Below are positions 1 to 13,826 of a stretch of DNA of 64,000 nt, one piece after another. A program made the translations under genes and the position numbers. The stretch is taken from the NCBI GenBank assembly GCA_038496445.1, contig JALMLS010000231.1, positions 124,001 through 188,000 of the forward strand, written 5' to 3'. Under the pieces are notes generated by a model. It did no database searches. It saw nothing but the letters and a program-made list of their open reading frames with translations, and was not told the DNA's origin. How positions within the stretch are numbered: the first letter of the stretch is position 1; every line of letters begins with the position of its first letter. This stretch comes from Trichosphaerium sp. ATCC 40318 (Eukaryota; Protista; Tubulinea).

Positions 1-444
1 TTTTTTTGGAGTACCAGTTTTTTTGATATTGACACGTGTTTTTTTACAGTAACAATACCACTTATTTTTCATACCCAGACCTACAAAAAAAGATGCAAGT
101 ATCTACTGAAGTATGTGTTAATAGCAAACGTTGAAAATTATAGTCCAATGTTAGATCTTAACAGTGATTTGTAGAAATCACCATACTCTATTCGATACTC
201 GCCAACAAATCAACTTGTTGCTTTTGTTACACGTGGTGTTCTTCATATTACTGATCCTGAATCACATGGAATCAGTAATGATCTATCAGATATCCAAGTA
301 TTGAAACTAGAAGGAGAAGCCACTGGCATGTGTTTTTCAAGAGATGGTCGGACTCTTTTTGTTAGTACGTATAAACCAACACACATGTGGTCAAATAACA
401 AAAAAAAAATCACAACAATCTACTGCCATGCTGTGGTAATTTAA
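1..444 (+). CDS. 3' end of a beta-propeller (WD40/TolB-like) protein, partial
   Basis: Terminal exon ~175-444 reads KSPYSIRYSPTNQLVAFVTRG...GEATGMCFSRDGRTLFVST...VVI*. The YSPT..LVA and FSRDG.TLFV motifs are propeller-blade-like. Begins upstream of the window. Confidence 0.5.
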
Positions 445-689
445 ATTAGCGCCTTTTCCTTTACAACAAACAAAACAAATTGATAGTGTACATAAGTGCC
501 TACTATCTATTTTACATTTGAAAAGTACAGGGCAACTATTCATTACTTTCAATCACTTTTTTTTTTTTCAGAGTTTATTGTAGAATACTTAACAGTTAGT
601 TGTTCAGTTCTATTCATTCAAACCAACTTTTTTTCCCTCCCTACACAGAAACACTTTATGTTGTTTCGCTTACAAAACACCATTTTCAA

Positions 690-987
690 ATGGGGAGCAA
701 GGAAAAAAGTTGAAGAATTTGAACGATTTGAAGTGAATTCTTGAGTTTTACATAAAACGAAAAAAATTTTTACAATTAAGTTTTCTCACCTTGTGTTTTT
801 AGGTACAACAAAAGGAATAAATGAATATAAACAAATCGGAATACCTAAATTATCTGATATTTGTATTTCATTTATATCATCAAACTTGGGTAAATTTGTG
901 CACATTGATAATTGGAATAATATTCTACCTATTTCTCTTTTAAGTCGTATATTCCCAAGTGACTCACCTTATATAACATTTGAGTAA
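690..987 (+). CDS. small protein or fragment with a BC-box/SOCS-like motif
   Basis: Exon ~803-987 after a ttttag acceptor encodes IPKLSDICISFISSNL...ILPISLLSRI, resembling (T/P)L..LC...I plus LP..L cullin-adaptor boxes. Start and first exon uncertain. Confidence 0.3.
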
Positions 988-1432
988 TAATAATAAAAGA
1001 ACACTTTGCTGCTACATACGAAAAGTACTCTTAAAATCTGTAAAACAAACTTACCCTACAACGAACATGGAGTCCGAAAATGGGCACCACAACTCCCTAG
1101 AAACTACGACGTACTTCGTGGGTTCAAAGTATCTAGTAGCGATCATGTGATTTATCAGTTAGACACAAGGCGAGTGGCTATTTTTACGGCAAATTGATTC
1201 GTTTTTGGTTTTACCACATCAGGCAAACCAACCCAAAAAACAGCCTACATTTACCAATTTTACGTTGCAACTACAGTGCTACTCTCCTTATTATATTATA
1301 TTCATATAAGTACATTATCTATACATAGGCACTTAAGAGATATCCGAGAACTCAAGCAGTTACCATCATTTCATCTTCATCTTTTCCTCTTTTTTTCTGG
1401 CTTTTTATCTTAAAAATTTCTTGTTGCACGTT

Positions 1433-4400
1433 TTACTTTCCTTGTGCGTGGTTCAATTGAACTTTTTTTCGCCGACCTTTCCTCTGTCTATTAGACCATG
1501 GAGGTTGAATAATAGGTTTAACCATAGGTGCACTATTAGATCGTGCAGTTCTCTGAGCTTAACAAAGACGTCAGTACAACAATGATGGGAAAAGAAAAAA
1601 GTAAGAAAAAGAAAAAAGCAAGCTGATAATAATCTATTTTATACTAGCAAAAAAGCTACCATTTAGATTAGTGTTAACGTACTCTCAATTGTTGAAACAC
1701 GTAAGAGATCATTTTTTGGTCTTGTCAAATGACCACTATGAGATTCAAGTGAAGATACTTGAAAATCATTTGTAGTATTATCACAACCACGGTAACTCTG
1801 AGAAATACCAGATGATTCACCTCTATAATTATGTTGTGCAAACCTTGCTGGTTCTTTAGTAGAACGATTATGTTGTGAAGGCACAGTCATTGGTTTGCTA
1901 CGTATAGCAGGTATAGTAAATGATTTTGGGTTTGTGGAAGTTTTTGAACTAGAACTTCCTGGAGCTCCATCTGATACAGATTCTCTTTTCTTTTTAGTAT
2001 TATCTCCTCTATGAATCTTAGACTGACTTCTAGGACTACCAATAGTAGGTAGGAAGGTATCAGACTACTCATAAATCATTAAAAGAAGAACCTCACAAGC
2101 GAAACCAAAAAAGTTGAAAAAAAGGTTTATCAAAACACAAGTGTATAACGTACAGCTTTACGCCCTGATTGTGTTCTGCTAGAAAGACTTCCAGAGCTTT
2201 TTGATGGCACCACACAAGACCATTTTGACTTTTTACTAAGAATAGAGAGGTTGAGAATGTGAAAAACATGTGTACATATTAATAATATTCCGCTATTGCT
2301 AAAGAAGAACGTACCTTAATGATCCAGTAGAACAACGTAGAAGAGGCATAGGTTTATTTTTATCTTCCATACCAACACTAATTGGTAAATACTCATTACC
2401 TTGACGTGGAGATAACTCAGTAAAGCTAGTAGGGGACGGTGTATCTCCTCGAGCTTTAGGTTGAAAAAAAAAATTAGTAAAAATCAAACATTTGTATAGT
2501 ATACACAAAACGATATCACACTCTGACTCTTTGAGTATCCCTCCAATGGTCATAAAAATCAACGCGTATACAATATTATAAAACAAACATCTACATACCT
2601 GACGTTGGTAAAAACGAGTAAAATTTCTCGGAATCGTCTTCATTGGAAACACTAAAAGCATCTTCTGCGCAAGCAAGGTGATCATTTAATTTCTTCATAT
2701 CTGGCTTTGAAATTATACCTTTAAATAAAACAGGTTAGGACAAGAAATGCTTGAAGAAGCTAAGAATTAAGAAAAGAAGAAGAAAAAAAGAAGATACCTT
2801 CAAGTCTTTTCTTAATTGCAGCCAAACTAAGCGCTAAAGAACTGAAAAGGCTTTGTTGAGGATTAGGTCTAGAGAGCATATAAAGCAATAGCGTTGTAAG
2901 GTCATTATGGACCATAATGTAGCGTAGTACTAAATATAAGGTTATTGTTTACTCGTCAACTGTGATGTTTAGCTGTTGTACTTACTCTCGTTTTTAATAA
3001 GTTTCTCAATAACGGACATTGCTGTGATGATTTCTTGCTCATCTTTAGATGAGAGGTACTTTATGATTTCCAAAGCAGCTATTTCTCGCTCAAACCCTAC
3101 AACATCACATTAGAACAACCTCAGTGAGCGTAAAACCAAAAAACGATTTTCGCTGTGAGTCTACAATTTTTCATTAATTGGTTTAAAAACGTACTTGAAC
3201 GCTCAGAAAGCTGTACTAACATTGGTAGTGCTAAATTGGTTGTAAGCAATAATGACTTAATGATTTTAAGGAAGGGAACCGAAACAATAGCGTACAAAAA
3301 GGGTAAGGAGTATCTATTGCTGCTTCTGTAAACTCAGTTCGAACATTGATCAAGTGAGTAAGCATATCAAATGATTCATTTGCCAAAACAAACTGATCTT
3401 CGTTCCCTGTACGTGTCAAAATAGCATGTTGATCAGTGTTATTCTGCATCCAGGATATAGTTAAAACACCAGGCTTTCGTGAGAACCGAAACAAGCAGCT
3501 AATACCATTCACGGTTAATATCAAGCGTAATAATCTCTAATGCACGTACATTCCGTCAGGCGACCCGCTTAAAATTGTAGCAGCGCCATGTCTATTGCAA
3601 TTTGGATGGAAGTATCTACAAAACACCATCAGCGTTTAATATTACTATACCCATCGTAATGCCCATGCTAACTAGTTCTTATATGCGTACCTATGACGAA
3701 TATACGGTGCACGTAGTGGAAACTGCAAAAAGTCGCTGTACGCCCTTACAACATCAGAAATACTCTTAAAACAGCTACCATCTGGCAAGTGAAATAAATC
3801 ATCGTGACACTCAAGTTGAATACGTTTGATTGTGCCATCGTGGCTGTACGCTTTAAAAGAAGTAAGAAACACGTCAAACTAGACCAAAAAATAAAACAAA
3901 GCGTACTCAGACTGACATGAGGAGAATCTTCCGCTAACATTGCGCAATATGTACCCTGAGGTTTATCTAGTTGTTTGATAAGTATTTAATTCATCATAGA
4001 AGCTATAGAACAATATTTTTTTGGTTTTTTTGGTTTTCGAAAAGGGAAACTGTACTTTCTTTTCTTGGGTATGCTTCAAATAGGTAAAGACAAAAAAAAC
4101 ATGAAACGTAACGTACTCGATAGTATCCGTCTTACGTCTTGGATTGTTAAACAACCGTAGAAAAATTCTTCTGAGAATACTGATTTAGCCTAAAGGGTTT
4201 ATGAGACTAAAGAGTAAACGTGATAACGTCTACAGCCAAAAGAAGAAATTAAATAGTTATGTACCATCTTTATTACTCTGTCGTTATCGCCAAACGTAAC
4301 CATGAATGTATAAAACTTCTCCCTGCTTACTTCTGAAGAGTGTTGTTCACCTTTTATGTTTTAATACTGTAATTCCTGATAGTTCGGATAATGCGATTTC

Positions 4401-4649
4401 TGATAGTAGCAGTGCGTTTAGTTAAACGTACGGAAGTAATATTTGATTATTTGCAAGCCCCAACAATCTAAGTTGTATTGTGTTCTCATTTCGCTTACAA
4501 AGTTAGACAGAGGCACAGCTCCAACCTGTACACAAGTTAGAGTAGAGATAAACAAAATCATTTTTGAGTACCGAGCCAAAATGTTGATGCCATAGCTCAT
4601 ACTTGACTGATGTGACTTTACGGGTGCGTGTTGGTCGCTGTGGTAACAT
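1433..4649 (-). CDS. multi-exon protein: Cbl/STAT-like EF-hand region, two SH2 domains, helical region, Ser-rich tail
   Basis: Spliced N-term MLPQRP...ELWHQHFGSVGAVPLSNF resembles Cbl FW..FG...VPW..F. SH2-1: LDKPQGTYILRNVS...FKSISDVVRAY. SH2-2: YFHPNCNRHGAATILSGSPDGM..LFRFSRKPGVLTISW...FDMLTHLI. 3' end approximate. Confidence 0.7.
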
Positions 4650-4869
4650 TTAAGAGTTATTGTTCCAAACCGTCCTTCTCGCCGTTTTTTATGAATGCGG
4701 TCACAGATCAGAGCAAGTTTTGTGGATTGTTTTGGTGTTTTAGCGATAATTACGACTGAACGTTTGTAATGGCCTATACGTTGCTCTGTACGTTATTGAG
4801 TGCGCAGTGCGAGTTAAAAAACGGTTCGCTAGTACTATCAAAGTCAACAATTGTTAACTATCTACAAAA

Positions 4870-5449
4870 ATGGCGGAGCTTAAAATGCAAGAGGCACAAC
4901 CAGATCCTGTACAACAGGCAGTTAAAGATCATGGCATTGTCAGACCACCGTCATTTTATCAGATAATACGCCCATTAGTTGCGCTAGTGTACGAGTATTA
5001 TTACATAGCGTGGATACTCATTGTCGTTACAATTGCTGTTTTTTATTTTGGTACGCCACGTTTACAAATGGTCACTAACGCGCGAAGACATCCCAGCATA
5101 CCTTAGAAGGCGCTTTTTAGCGTATTATTATTCAGAATCAAGCAAACCATACGGTGCGTCATCAATGAATCGTTTACAGTGTTCTGAATCTTCAATATCT
5201 GATCTACTTTGCCGCAGATATTGCAAAACAAGCTGAATTGAGGCGCAGCATGAATTCTATACGCGAACAGCAACAAAAGAAATTGTTGGAGCAGAGTAAA
5301 CTTGTAGAAGAAGCCGAAAGAGAACGTAGGCGAGTTCTGAGTCAAGCAGCTGCTAAAAACCCTTACACATCAGGTACCATACAAATTGGATTTGACACTT
5401 TGCTGACACTTGCATAGCGGACTCCAGCGGGGTGCGTCAGCGCCACTGA
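4870..5449 (+). CDS. small single-TM plus coiled-coil protein (SelS/VIMP-like layout, no evidence of Sec)
   Basis: Three exons: TM YYYIAWILIVVTIAVFYF, charged helix KQAELRRSMNSIREQQQKKLLEQSKLVEEAERERRR, ends ADSSGVRQRH*. Confidence 0.5.
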
Positions 5450-5634
5450 AGCATTTGTAAGTTAACAATAGTTGTACATAAAGCAAATTGAGCAAAGCTG
5501 AACGCTATCACTTGTGTCACGTTTTTATATGCTGGTTGCAAACGCCATGATGCCTCAATTTTCAGGCGTAGAACAGCAAGTTTTACCTTTTTTGACTTTG
5601 CTCCAGTGAAGGTAAACCAAGCACATCTGTTACA

Positions 5635-7941
5635 ATGATGCTTTGCCGCGGGCTAAAAGCCAATGCGGTGGTAGCTAAACGCTCAAAAAGGTCTAATGTG
5701 GCCACAACACATACCAAGAGAGCCTATGTTGAATACCTGCATGAAACTCACTGGGACGCCGATGGAAACCCAACTAACAAGCCACCATTCTTTTTGGCTC
5801 GTGATATAGCTAAAAAAGAACCACTGGAGGAAGAAGAGCCAAGGCGTGAACTCGTGGAGGGCGGCGAAATGAATATCAAAGCAACTATGATAACTTATGA
5901 GCAAACTGCAGAAATTAAGCGCCATCACTTCGCGAGCGAGCTAGTGAAGTTTCGTAAGGAATACACAGCACCTTACATTGAAAAAATTCAAGACGTCAGG
6001 TATTGTGCTACAAGCGCCTCTTTTATACTAAAAACTGTCAAGAGATAACTGGATAACCGAAGAAATGCGTAAAAAGCGTCGAGAAGCGTACAGGGAAAAC
6101 AAAAGAAGGAGAGCCGCTGAAAAGAAGGAGTACGTATAACTGATAGCGCCAGCAGTAGCCCTGGCTAAAAATTTCGAACTACAAGCTTGCTAACACATCT
6201 GACAGAAAGCATCGCTTGTCTCGTAACTACATTGGTGATATTATCAGTAAAATATCTGAAGAAATAGATTCTGCGCGTGTTATGAACAGAACAACCGATA
6301 GTACGTCACAAATTTTTTTGAAAGCGTAACCTCTTGTTTTTGTATGAAATGAACTAACATGGTTGTAGTACCTGATGAAATTGCACAGGATGCCAAGATA
6401 AGTGATGGATTTTTAAGAAGGTTCCATGGCAATTTTAAAGAGATGGTATACCTTGAACCAGCGGAAAATACAGCCGAGGGTCGTTATCAGATGATGGGTT
6501 TCCGAGATGGTGAAGTTGGTGTATGTCAAAAAAACCGAAAAACAACTTGTTTTATTTTCTTGTTTTTTTAATGAGGTTGATTATTGATGTAAGCTATTAG
6601 CATTTGCGCCAAATTAGAAACAGACATGAGATTGTGTATTGGATGGCATTACCTGAGGATGTAAAGCGTGAGAACATAAGGTAATATTGAAAGCGACAAC
6701 AACGTGAAAACTTTAGTACTTTTTGAGTTTAGAATGTTGAATTGTTATATTAATCGCTTTACATAGGCAAAGCTTACGTGATTCTGGTTTTGATGTTCGC
6801 GAAATGTTGAAAGATGAAGAAGTTGGTAAACGAGTACATCAAGGTTTCAGAGCTGAAATTAAGGATTCTGTTGATGGTAAGATAACTACTACTTTCTTTT
6901 TTTTTTGGTTTTATTGCTGTTTCTTTAACTTACCTTTTTTTTCCCAAATAGATGTCAGCAAGTCGTATAAATTTGGTGAAGAAGATCATGAAATCGATAC
7001 ACCATCTGTTAGATCTCCGCCTGATATTTCAACAATTAAACAATTGGAAATTGAGCGCGCTCAACAGTTCTCATTACCTCCTATCGAAAAGAAAATGAGT
7101 CTTGATTTACCAGTCAAATGGATAACCACTGATTGGCCTGGTCAGCATGGAAAGCATGATGTTCACCCTACTCCTGATTGGATGAACAGAAAATCTAAAC
7201 TTCAAATTTATGTACGCACCTTGTTCACAAGCTTTTTGATTTAACTCAAGTTCTCATGATTCTTTCTCAGGTACCAGCACTTAAGTTGATGCCTGTAGCT
7301 GAGCATCGTCTACGTATACTCGCAGGACCACGATACAATATGAAAAGTGAGGTTATAACTATTACATGCTCTAAGAAGAAGAATCTTCATGAAAATCGGT
7401 ACAGTGCTTTTTTCTCTTTTTGATTTTTACTGCTTGAGAAATTACTTATGACCCTTTAGTGTTGAGTGTGTACGTATACTAAGATGTATGATTAATGAAG
7501 CATGGAAAGCAGATTTGAATTATATCCCTGTAGACGAGGAATACCTACCACAATACAGAGTGCGCGATAACATATTTCTTTTGGTTCACTTAAAAAAAAA
7601 ACCTTCAAAATGAATTCAAGCTTTTGGCCACGTGTCTCTTTCAATGGTGATTTTATTAATATACTAACGACCATTTTTAAAATTAGTTCGAGTGGGAGCT
7701 TGATGATGAGGAGGAGCGCTTGCAGAACGAGGATCCGCTTGATAATTATAAAAAGGGAGACTTTACATTTTTCCGTATGCCACTTCATGCGCTACCTAAC
7801 CCAGAGAGCGAGGAGTACCAAGAAGAAAAACAAGATCTTGATGATGTACTTGCTAAGGTTAAGAAATGGAAGGTAGAAGTTAAAGATCTTGAAGTACAAG
7901 AAGTACCTCGAATGTCTGAAGACATTACTGCTGAGTTGTAA
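5635..7941 (+). CDS. MRPS35: mitochondrial small-subunit ribosomal protein mS35 (MRPS35/RSM24)-like, with long N-terminal extension
   Basis: Basic presequence-like N-term. C-terminal MRP-S28-type domain HPTPDWMNRKSKLQIYVPALKLMPVAEHRLRILAGPRYNMKSEVITITCSKKKNLHENR..C.RIL..MINEA. Exons join in frame by GT-AG introns. Confidence 0.75.
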
Positions 7942-8276
7942 AAAAAAAAATAAATAAGAATCCAAAAAAAATCAAATGTTTTGTTTTCTTCGTCCTTCAC
8001 AAACAAAGGCTCTTTAGTTACGGAAAATGTACTAATGCGGATGTCAAGCGTTAAGTTGTTAGTTTTAGGTTGGCTGTTATGCCTTTGAAGCCACTAGAAG
8101 AGCTAATCGTTCAAAAGCTGAATTTGGCTTTTTTGTCTTTGTTCGCATAAATGTAAATCATGAGTTGGTTTATTGACAAGGTTGTACTTGTTGATTTCTT
8201 TGGGCAAAAGGTTGGTCTGTTATTTTCTTGTTTGAGCAATATTACAGTTGTGGTATGTAATCAACGCTACAGGCGT

Positions 8277-10938
8277 ATGACCGACCCATCTTACGAGAAT
8301 TGGCTCAACGCTCAGCTGAATGGGGGTGAGGAGCATCAAACAGAAGACCCCAGAGCGAGTACTATACCGTATGATACAGTAGAGGCGTTCACTAAGGCTG
8401 TAATTGGCGATATGGACTTTGTACGCTTATGAGTCAATAAACTATTATTAATGTATTAGGTCGAACCTGAACCTGTTAATACGACTCCTGGTAAACTAAT
8501 AAAAGCCGAAGTGCACGGACCTGGTACAAAGCACTTTTAACCATCTCTATTATTTATATTCGCACAAAAACCGCGTTACCTGCGTGCTACCAAGATGTTT
8601 TGTGCACTATTTTTTTTTTGGTTCAGAATTTCAAAGCTTGAGTGGTTCCTTGCATTGATTATACAATAGTCTATGCGGAACACGTATCAATTACGCGCAA
8701 TTTGTCATTTCGAATGTAATTTTCACAAAACATGTCATTTTTTTTTAAACCAACGGATTTTTACGTTATCTCACATATTGTAGGCTTGGAGGAACCTATT
8801 GCTTCAGAGGAGACTTTTTTCACAATTAATTTTTTGGAAAGAGTTGATTTAAGTATTGTTGATGTTGAAATATTTGGTCCTTCGCCTCCTAAAGCACAAG
8901 TAAGCCATTAGGAACAGTAGATGTGTTGACTCTATTTTTTTTTTCATTTTTTTTTTTTCATTTCAGTTCAATCAGTCGAACTGTATTCTCTTGTACTGTT
9001 TTCTTTTCAATCTGCTCTTGTCTGTAAAAATACAAGTTAATAATCATTGTCAGTTGATGCTTTTTTAAATTATTATTTGGCGTTCAACGTAGGAGTAATG
9101 TAAATAGCTTGGGGTTTTTGTAGTTCGTATTTTTTTTTGTTCTAATTTAATTGTAGATGTTTAAAACATCGGATACATGTCTTGATATTAGCTACTCTGT
9201 AGCAAAACCTGGCGATTATGAAATAGATATTTATGTCGGTGATACACTAGTTGAAAACTGTCCATTCAAAGTTAGAGTATTATCAAAAGGTAACAAACAA
9301 ACACATGCACAAAACGTTTCAACAAAAAAAAAGAGAAATATCAAAATGTCACGTTTCAAAAAACGTGGATTTCTTTTCTTTTCATGAACACCGCTTTAGC
9401 TATAAAAGCTTTATATACGCTTATTAACACTTCATGCCTTCGTTTTCAAAGAATCAAATGCGTTGTTCTTTTGCACGTGGTTACGAGCTTATTGGCTTAA
9501 TTTTTAATTTTTTTTTTCTTGTTTAGAGGAGGAAATGGATATGCTTGCTGCTTTTAATAAAATGGCTATGGCTGAACCAGATCCAGAACCACAAGAAGAT
9601 CCTTTAGCACTCTTTGATCTTCAAGCAGCTGATGATGGTGCTGTTCTTGGTCAATTGATGAACGTACTTGGTTCAATGGAACAGAGATTTCAAGACCTTG
9701 TACAGAAAACTGGTGCTGGTTCGTGAATCTTTATTAATATTTTGCCTAAACAAGCGCATTACCCTTACTATCGCTTTTATATATGCGTTAGGTTTAATGG
9801 AATCTGTTTTTTAATCTGTTATTAGGACAATCATCAGAAGAGATTCGTCAAGTGCAAGATAACATTAAAGATATTCGTGAGGTAATTAGCGTCTTTCTAT
9901 CTTCTTATTTCTTCTATCATTTAGTCTATTTAATGCCTGTTATTCACTGTAAATTTAGATGGCTGCTTTACAGAATAACTCTTCTCCACAACTTAACACT
10001 CAAGCATATAATAGTGCACCAACACTAAACACAAATGTGAATAAGATAAAACAATCTCCACAGCTTCATAGAGTTGCTAGTAATCCAGTTGATAATCCAC
10101 ATATGCAGCACTCTCATAGTGACTCAAGGATTCCAGAGTCATCTTCTACAAAAAAATCAGAGCAGTTCATTAAGAGAACTCCAAGTTACGGTAAGTAATA
10201 GATCATTTTATATTTCTTGTTAAAATGTCAAGTTGTAATTTTTTTAACTTTTGGTTAGAGCCAAAGTCTTCTAAGAAACGCTCGTCTCCAGTTACTGCAC
10301 AAAACAAGAATGCACATGTACCTCCTGTAAAAACAGCGTCTGCTTCAGGTGGTTCCCCTGTGACCAAAGGCCGTAAAGATAGCGCAAAAGCAGAAAAAGT
10401 ACGTGCCATTTTTCTTAACAAACTCCTTCCGTTCTTACTTGTCTTTAATTTTTGGTATATTCTTTCATTAACAGTTTCTTTTTCGTAAAGGAAATTGTTA
10501 TTTATTTTGCCGATGGTTCAAGAGAACCCTTTACGGTGCGTAACACGCTAACGGCAAATGCACTAAAGTTCCAAATATTGAAGAAAAAGGTAAGTGTTGT
10601 ATCTAGTGTTCTATTAGCATACCTTGAGTTTTTTTGCTTATTATATTCGTTTAGGGTATTTCAGCAAAAGAATTCGAAGCGTACGGGCTTTACTCAACAG
10701 ATCAACGGAGTACGTTAACCACATACATGGATTTCTTTCTTCTGGTTGAAAAGATATAAGTTTTTTTCTTTATTTTTTTTGAACTTACGAAGGTACTGTA
10801 GATGAAACAGAAGTTACAGAACGTATGCGTCCATATAATATACAACTTCAGAACGGTTGGTCATCATCACATAAGTTTGTTTTCAAGCGAGCACCTAAGA
10901 AAAAGCACAAAAAGAAAAAAGATAAGAAGAAGCGCTAA
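8277..10938 (+). CDS. filamin/ABP280 Ig-repeat protein with C-terminal ubiquitin-like (RA/FERM-N type) domain
   Basis: AEVHGPGLE...FFTINF...VDVEIFGPS...ISYSVAKPGDYEIDIYVGDTLVENCPFKVRV is a filamin repeat. Coiled coil and S/P/N-rich linker follow, then IVIYFADGSREPFTVRNTLTANALKFQILKKKGI..EAYGLY and a Lys-rich tail. Confidence 0.7.
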
Positions 10939-11720
10939 CAAAAAAAAAACAAAAAAAAGAGAAATTTCCTTAAAGCTTGTACCGATGTGGTGATGGATGA
11001 TCAGAAAAAAAATCTCCCAAACAAACAAGCGTGATTGATTGTATTCGTTGTGTAAAAAAAGTAACAAATGTAAATGAAAACTGGCAAAAAAAAGCGACAT
11101 GTGTTGTTTCTTTTTTATCGAACAAGTGGCTAGCTCCTACTTTATTACATAGCTGGTTACTACCCCAAAGGGGTAGTGAAAGATACTACAATTCAAGATG
11201 ACGTTTACAGCACGTAAGCCTTTGTGGATGCAGACATGTTATTAGTTCCCAACAACAAATGTATGTATCCTTACTCAAACCAACTACAGACAATCAACAC
11301 TAACAAATGTTTTCGGAGTGAAGTTTTGAATCGAGCTCATATCGCTTTTGTCGCTACCAATCGAAAGAAAGAGCGAAAGAGAGCTGTAGTTTAATGTTGA
11401 GCGTCGCTAAAAAAAGAGGAACAGAAAATAAAGAGAACAATCCCTGGAAAATTTCCAGGGCTGTACAAACAATGCCGAAACCAGTAACAGACTGTTATGC
11501 GTTGTTATCAGTTAAAAATCTCCAAAAATGCGTGTTGGCCTCAGTTTTGTATGATAAACTCAAAAGCAGACATCGTAAACACCATTACAATGATAACTAT
11601 CATTTACGGGTTCTCTACGCGTAGAAATATCTATTCCGCTTAAAATTAGCACTAGTGCACTGTAAACCTTAACTGTCATTTATTCAAACCTCCAGCACGC
11701 CATACACCTCTCTGTACTCA

Positions 11721-13826
11721 ATGGAGAACTTAAAGACCTTGATAGTAGCCTTCCTTCTTTGTCTTACTTTCGCTCTCGCTGCAGAACACTCAGAAGGTAC
11801 GTACCATTCCCTTCCTCCAGCTTCTACGACTCCTCAGTATCTAACTTACACCTAGAGTGCCCACATGCCAATATAACTCTAAACACAGCTGAGGTACGTC
11901 TTCAGTAACGTTTTGGCGTAAGAGCACGTGTTTTGATTTCTAGTCTTTTTTGTTTTACTTTTGCGGCGAAATTTGAAGCTGACTTACTCTGTAGGTCATT
12001 GAGAAGTTTGACAATGATACTGACAGCAAATTGGATGCAGAAGAATTCGCCCTTCTTTTTTCGACATTTTTCCCTTTAGCCCATGACGAACATGATCACG
12101 AAGATGAGGATGCTCATGAAGAAGAAGAAAAAGCAAACTCTACCGATATACACGATGAAGTAAGATTGTTTTTTTTGTGCAGTTTTCCTTTGAACTTTCG
12201 GCATTTCATCTCGTTGTTACTTCGTTAAAAATGATGCTGACGTAGTAGTTTGAAACCTTTTATTCAAGATTTTACGATAACAGAGTTAGTTCGAAGTTAA
12301 CTTTTTTTGAAATAGCATGAACACGAAGGGAGTTGTATTGATGCTGCTGAACTATTTGAATGTTTAGATGAAGATGCTGATTCTTTTCTTGGCTCAGCTG
12401 AAGAGATAGTTGAAGCTCAACATGCTTTATTTGCTATGAAATTAGACGGCTGTTTTAGTGAGGAGGCTCACGAAGAACAACAAGAGTGTAAAAAGCCAAC
12501 AACAGGACAGGTACATTTTGTAGAATTTTCGGCTATTTGTTCCTTAATTTCGCCTTTGTTTGAAGGTTTGGGGTTATACTATACTATCGACAGTAATAAT
12601 ATCAGCTGCATCTCTTGCTGGTGTCCTATTGATACCTATAAACGTACGTACAGTTACTGTAAGATACGTACAAAACGTAAAACGACTAACTGTTGTACTA
12701 GTCAAAATACAAGGAGCTTGTTATGGAAATCATGTTATCTTTCGCTTGCTCAGCTCTTCTCAGTGATGGAGTCCTACATTTGGCTCCAGCCATATGGGGC
12801 GATCATAGTCACGGCGGCGTATCTTCAGATACTCATGAACACGGTGAAGAAGAAGAGAAGTCTGAAGAAGAAGAGAAAGTAAGCCATCATCAAAAAACTG
12901 TTGCGGTGTTACTAATAGTAGCTGCTAGAGCGAAGCTCTCTTCCTTGGTCTTACAGTTATTATTACAATTGTATTATTCATCATCGTAGAGAAGGTATTA
13001 AAGTTCTGGGTAGAAAAAAAGAGGCAAGCCAAGCGAGAATCTACAACCGGAGTTGTGAATACGGCAAAAAAAAAGAAACTTGATGAAGAATCTGGTTCTA
13101 TACAATCTGTAGGTTCCACTGACGGTTCCTCTTCATCCGGGTAGGTTCCTTCTATGCCTTCATCATCTCACGTAGTTCTTAGAGAAATTGAAGCTGTTGC
13201 GTACCTTGTTCTTATTGGTGACGCTTTCCATAACTTTGCTGATGGACTTGCACTCGCGTATGTTAATTAATGTTATTGATTACAATACCTCATCCTTCTT
13301 ATTTGACATAGTGCATCGTTCTCTATATCTCCTTCTGCTGGATTAAGCACAAGTATAGCTATATTTGTACACGAATTCGCTCAGGTAAGTACATTTAAAC
13401 ACGTGTTCAGACCATAAAATAGAAGCTAACAATTTGACGAAGGAACTCGGCGATTTTACTGTTCTTGTAAATGCTGGTATGGCTAGATGGCAAGCTATAC
13501 TATGGAACTTCTTGAGCGGTTGTACAGCGTTATTGGGAGCTGTTATAGGTATTGCAATATCAGGGGTACGCAGTCAATGATAAGAATACAAAAAGCCCGA
13601 AATGAACTTTTTTTTGCAGGTTGGTGATGCCGAGAAATATCTGTTTGCAATTACTCTTGGTACTTTCTTGTACATTTCACTTGTTGATATACTACCTGAG
13701 TTGCAAGCAAAAGATAAAGTTAGCCCGAGTCATATCATTATACAGCTCATTCCTTTCACTTTTGGTACACTTGTACTGTACCTTCTTGGATACTTTGAAA
13801 GCGAAGGAAGTTGTACTTATGCGTAA
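11721..13826 (+). CDS. ZIP (SLC39, LIV-1-like) metal transporter with signal peptide and His/Glu-rich, EF-hand-like ectodomain
   Basis: Signal peptide MENLKTLIVAFLLCLTFALA; DNDTDSKLDAEE loop; TM motifs LLSDGVLHLAP, GDAFHNFADGLAL, HEFAQELGDF, GTFLYISLVDILPEL. Confidence 0.9.

Noticed and set aside
5447-5580. TGA of the SelS-like gene read as selenocysteine, with a SECIS near 5547
   Set aside because: The C-terminus lacks the Gly-rich xGU ending, and the ATGA-hairpin has the wrong helix length and spacing for a SECIS.
11159-11460. Short palindromes ACTACCCC-AAA-GGGGTAGT and CCCTGGAAA-A-TTTCCAGGG upstream of ZIP
   Set aside because: 8-9 bp arms with no RNA-family features or second copy; could be TF sites but unsupported.
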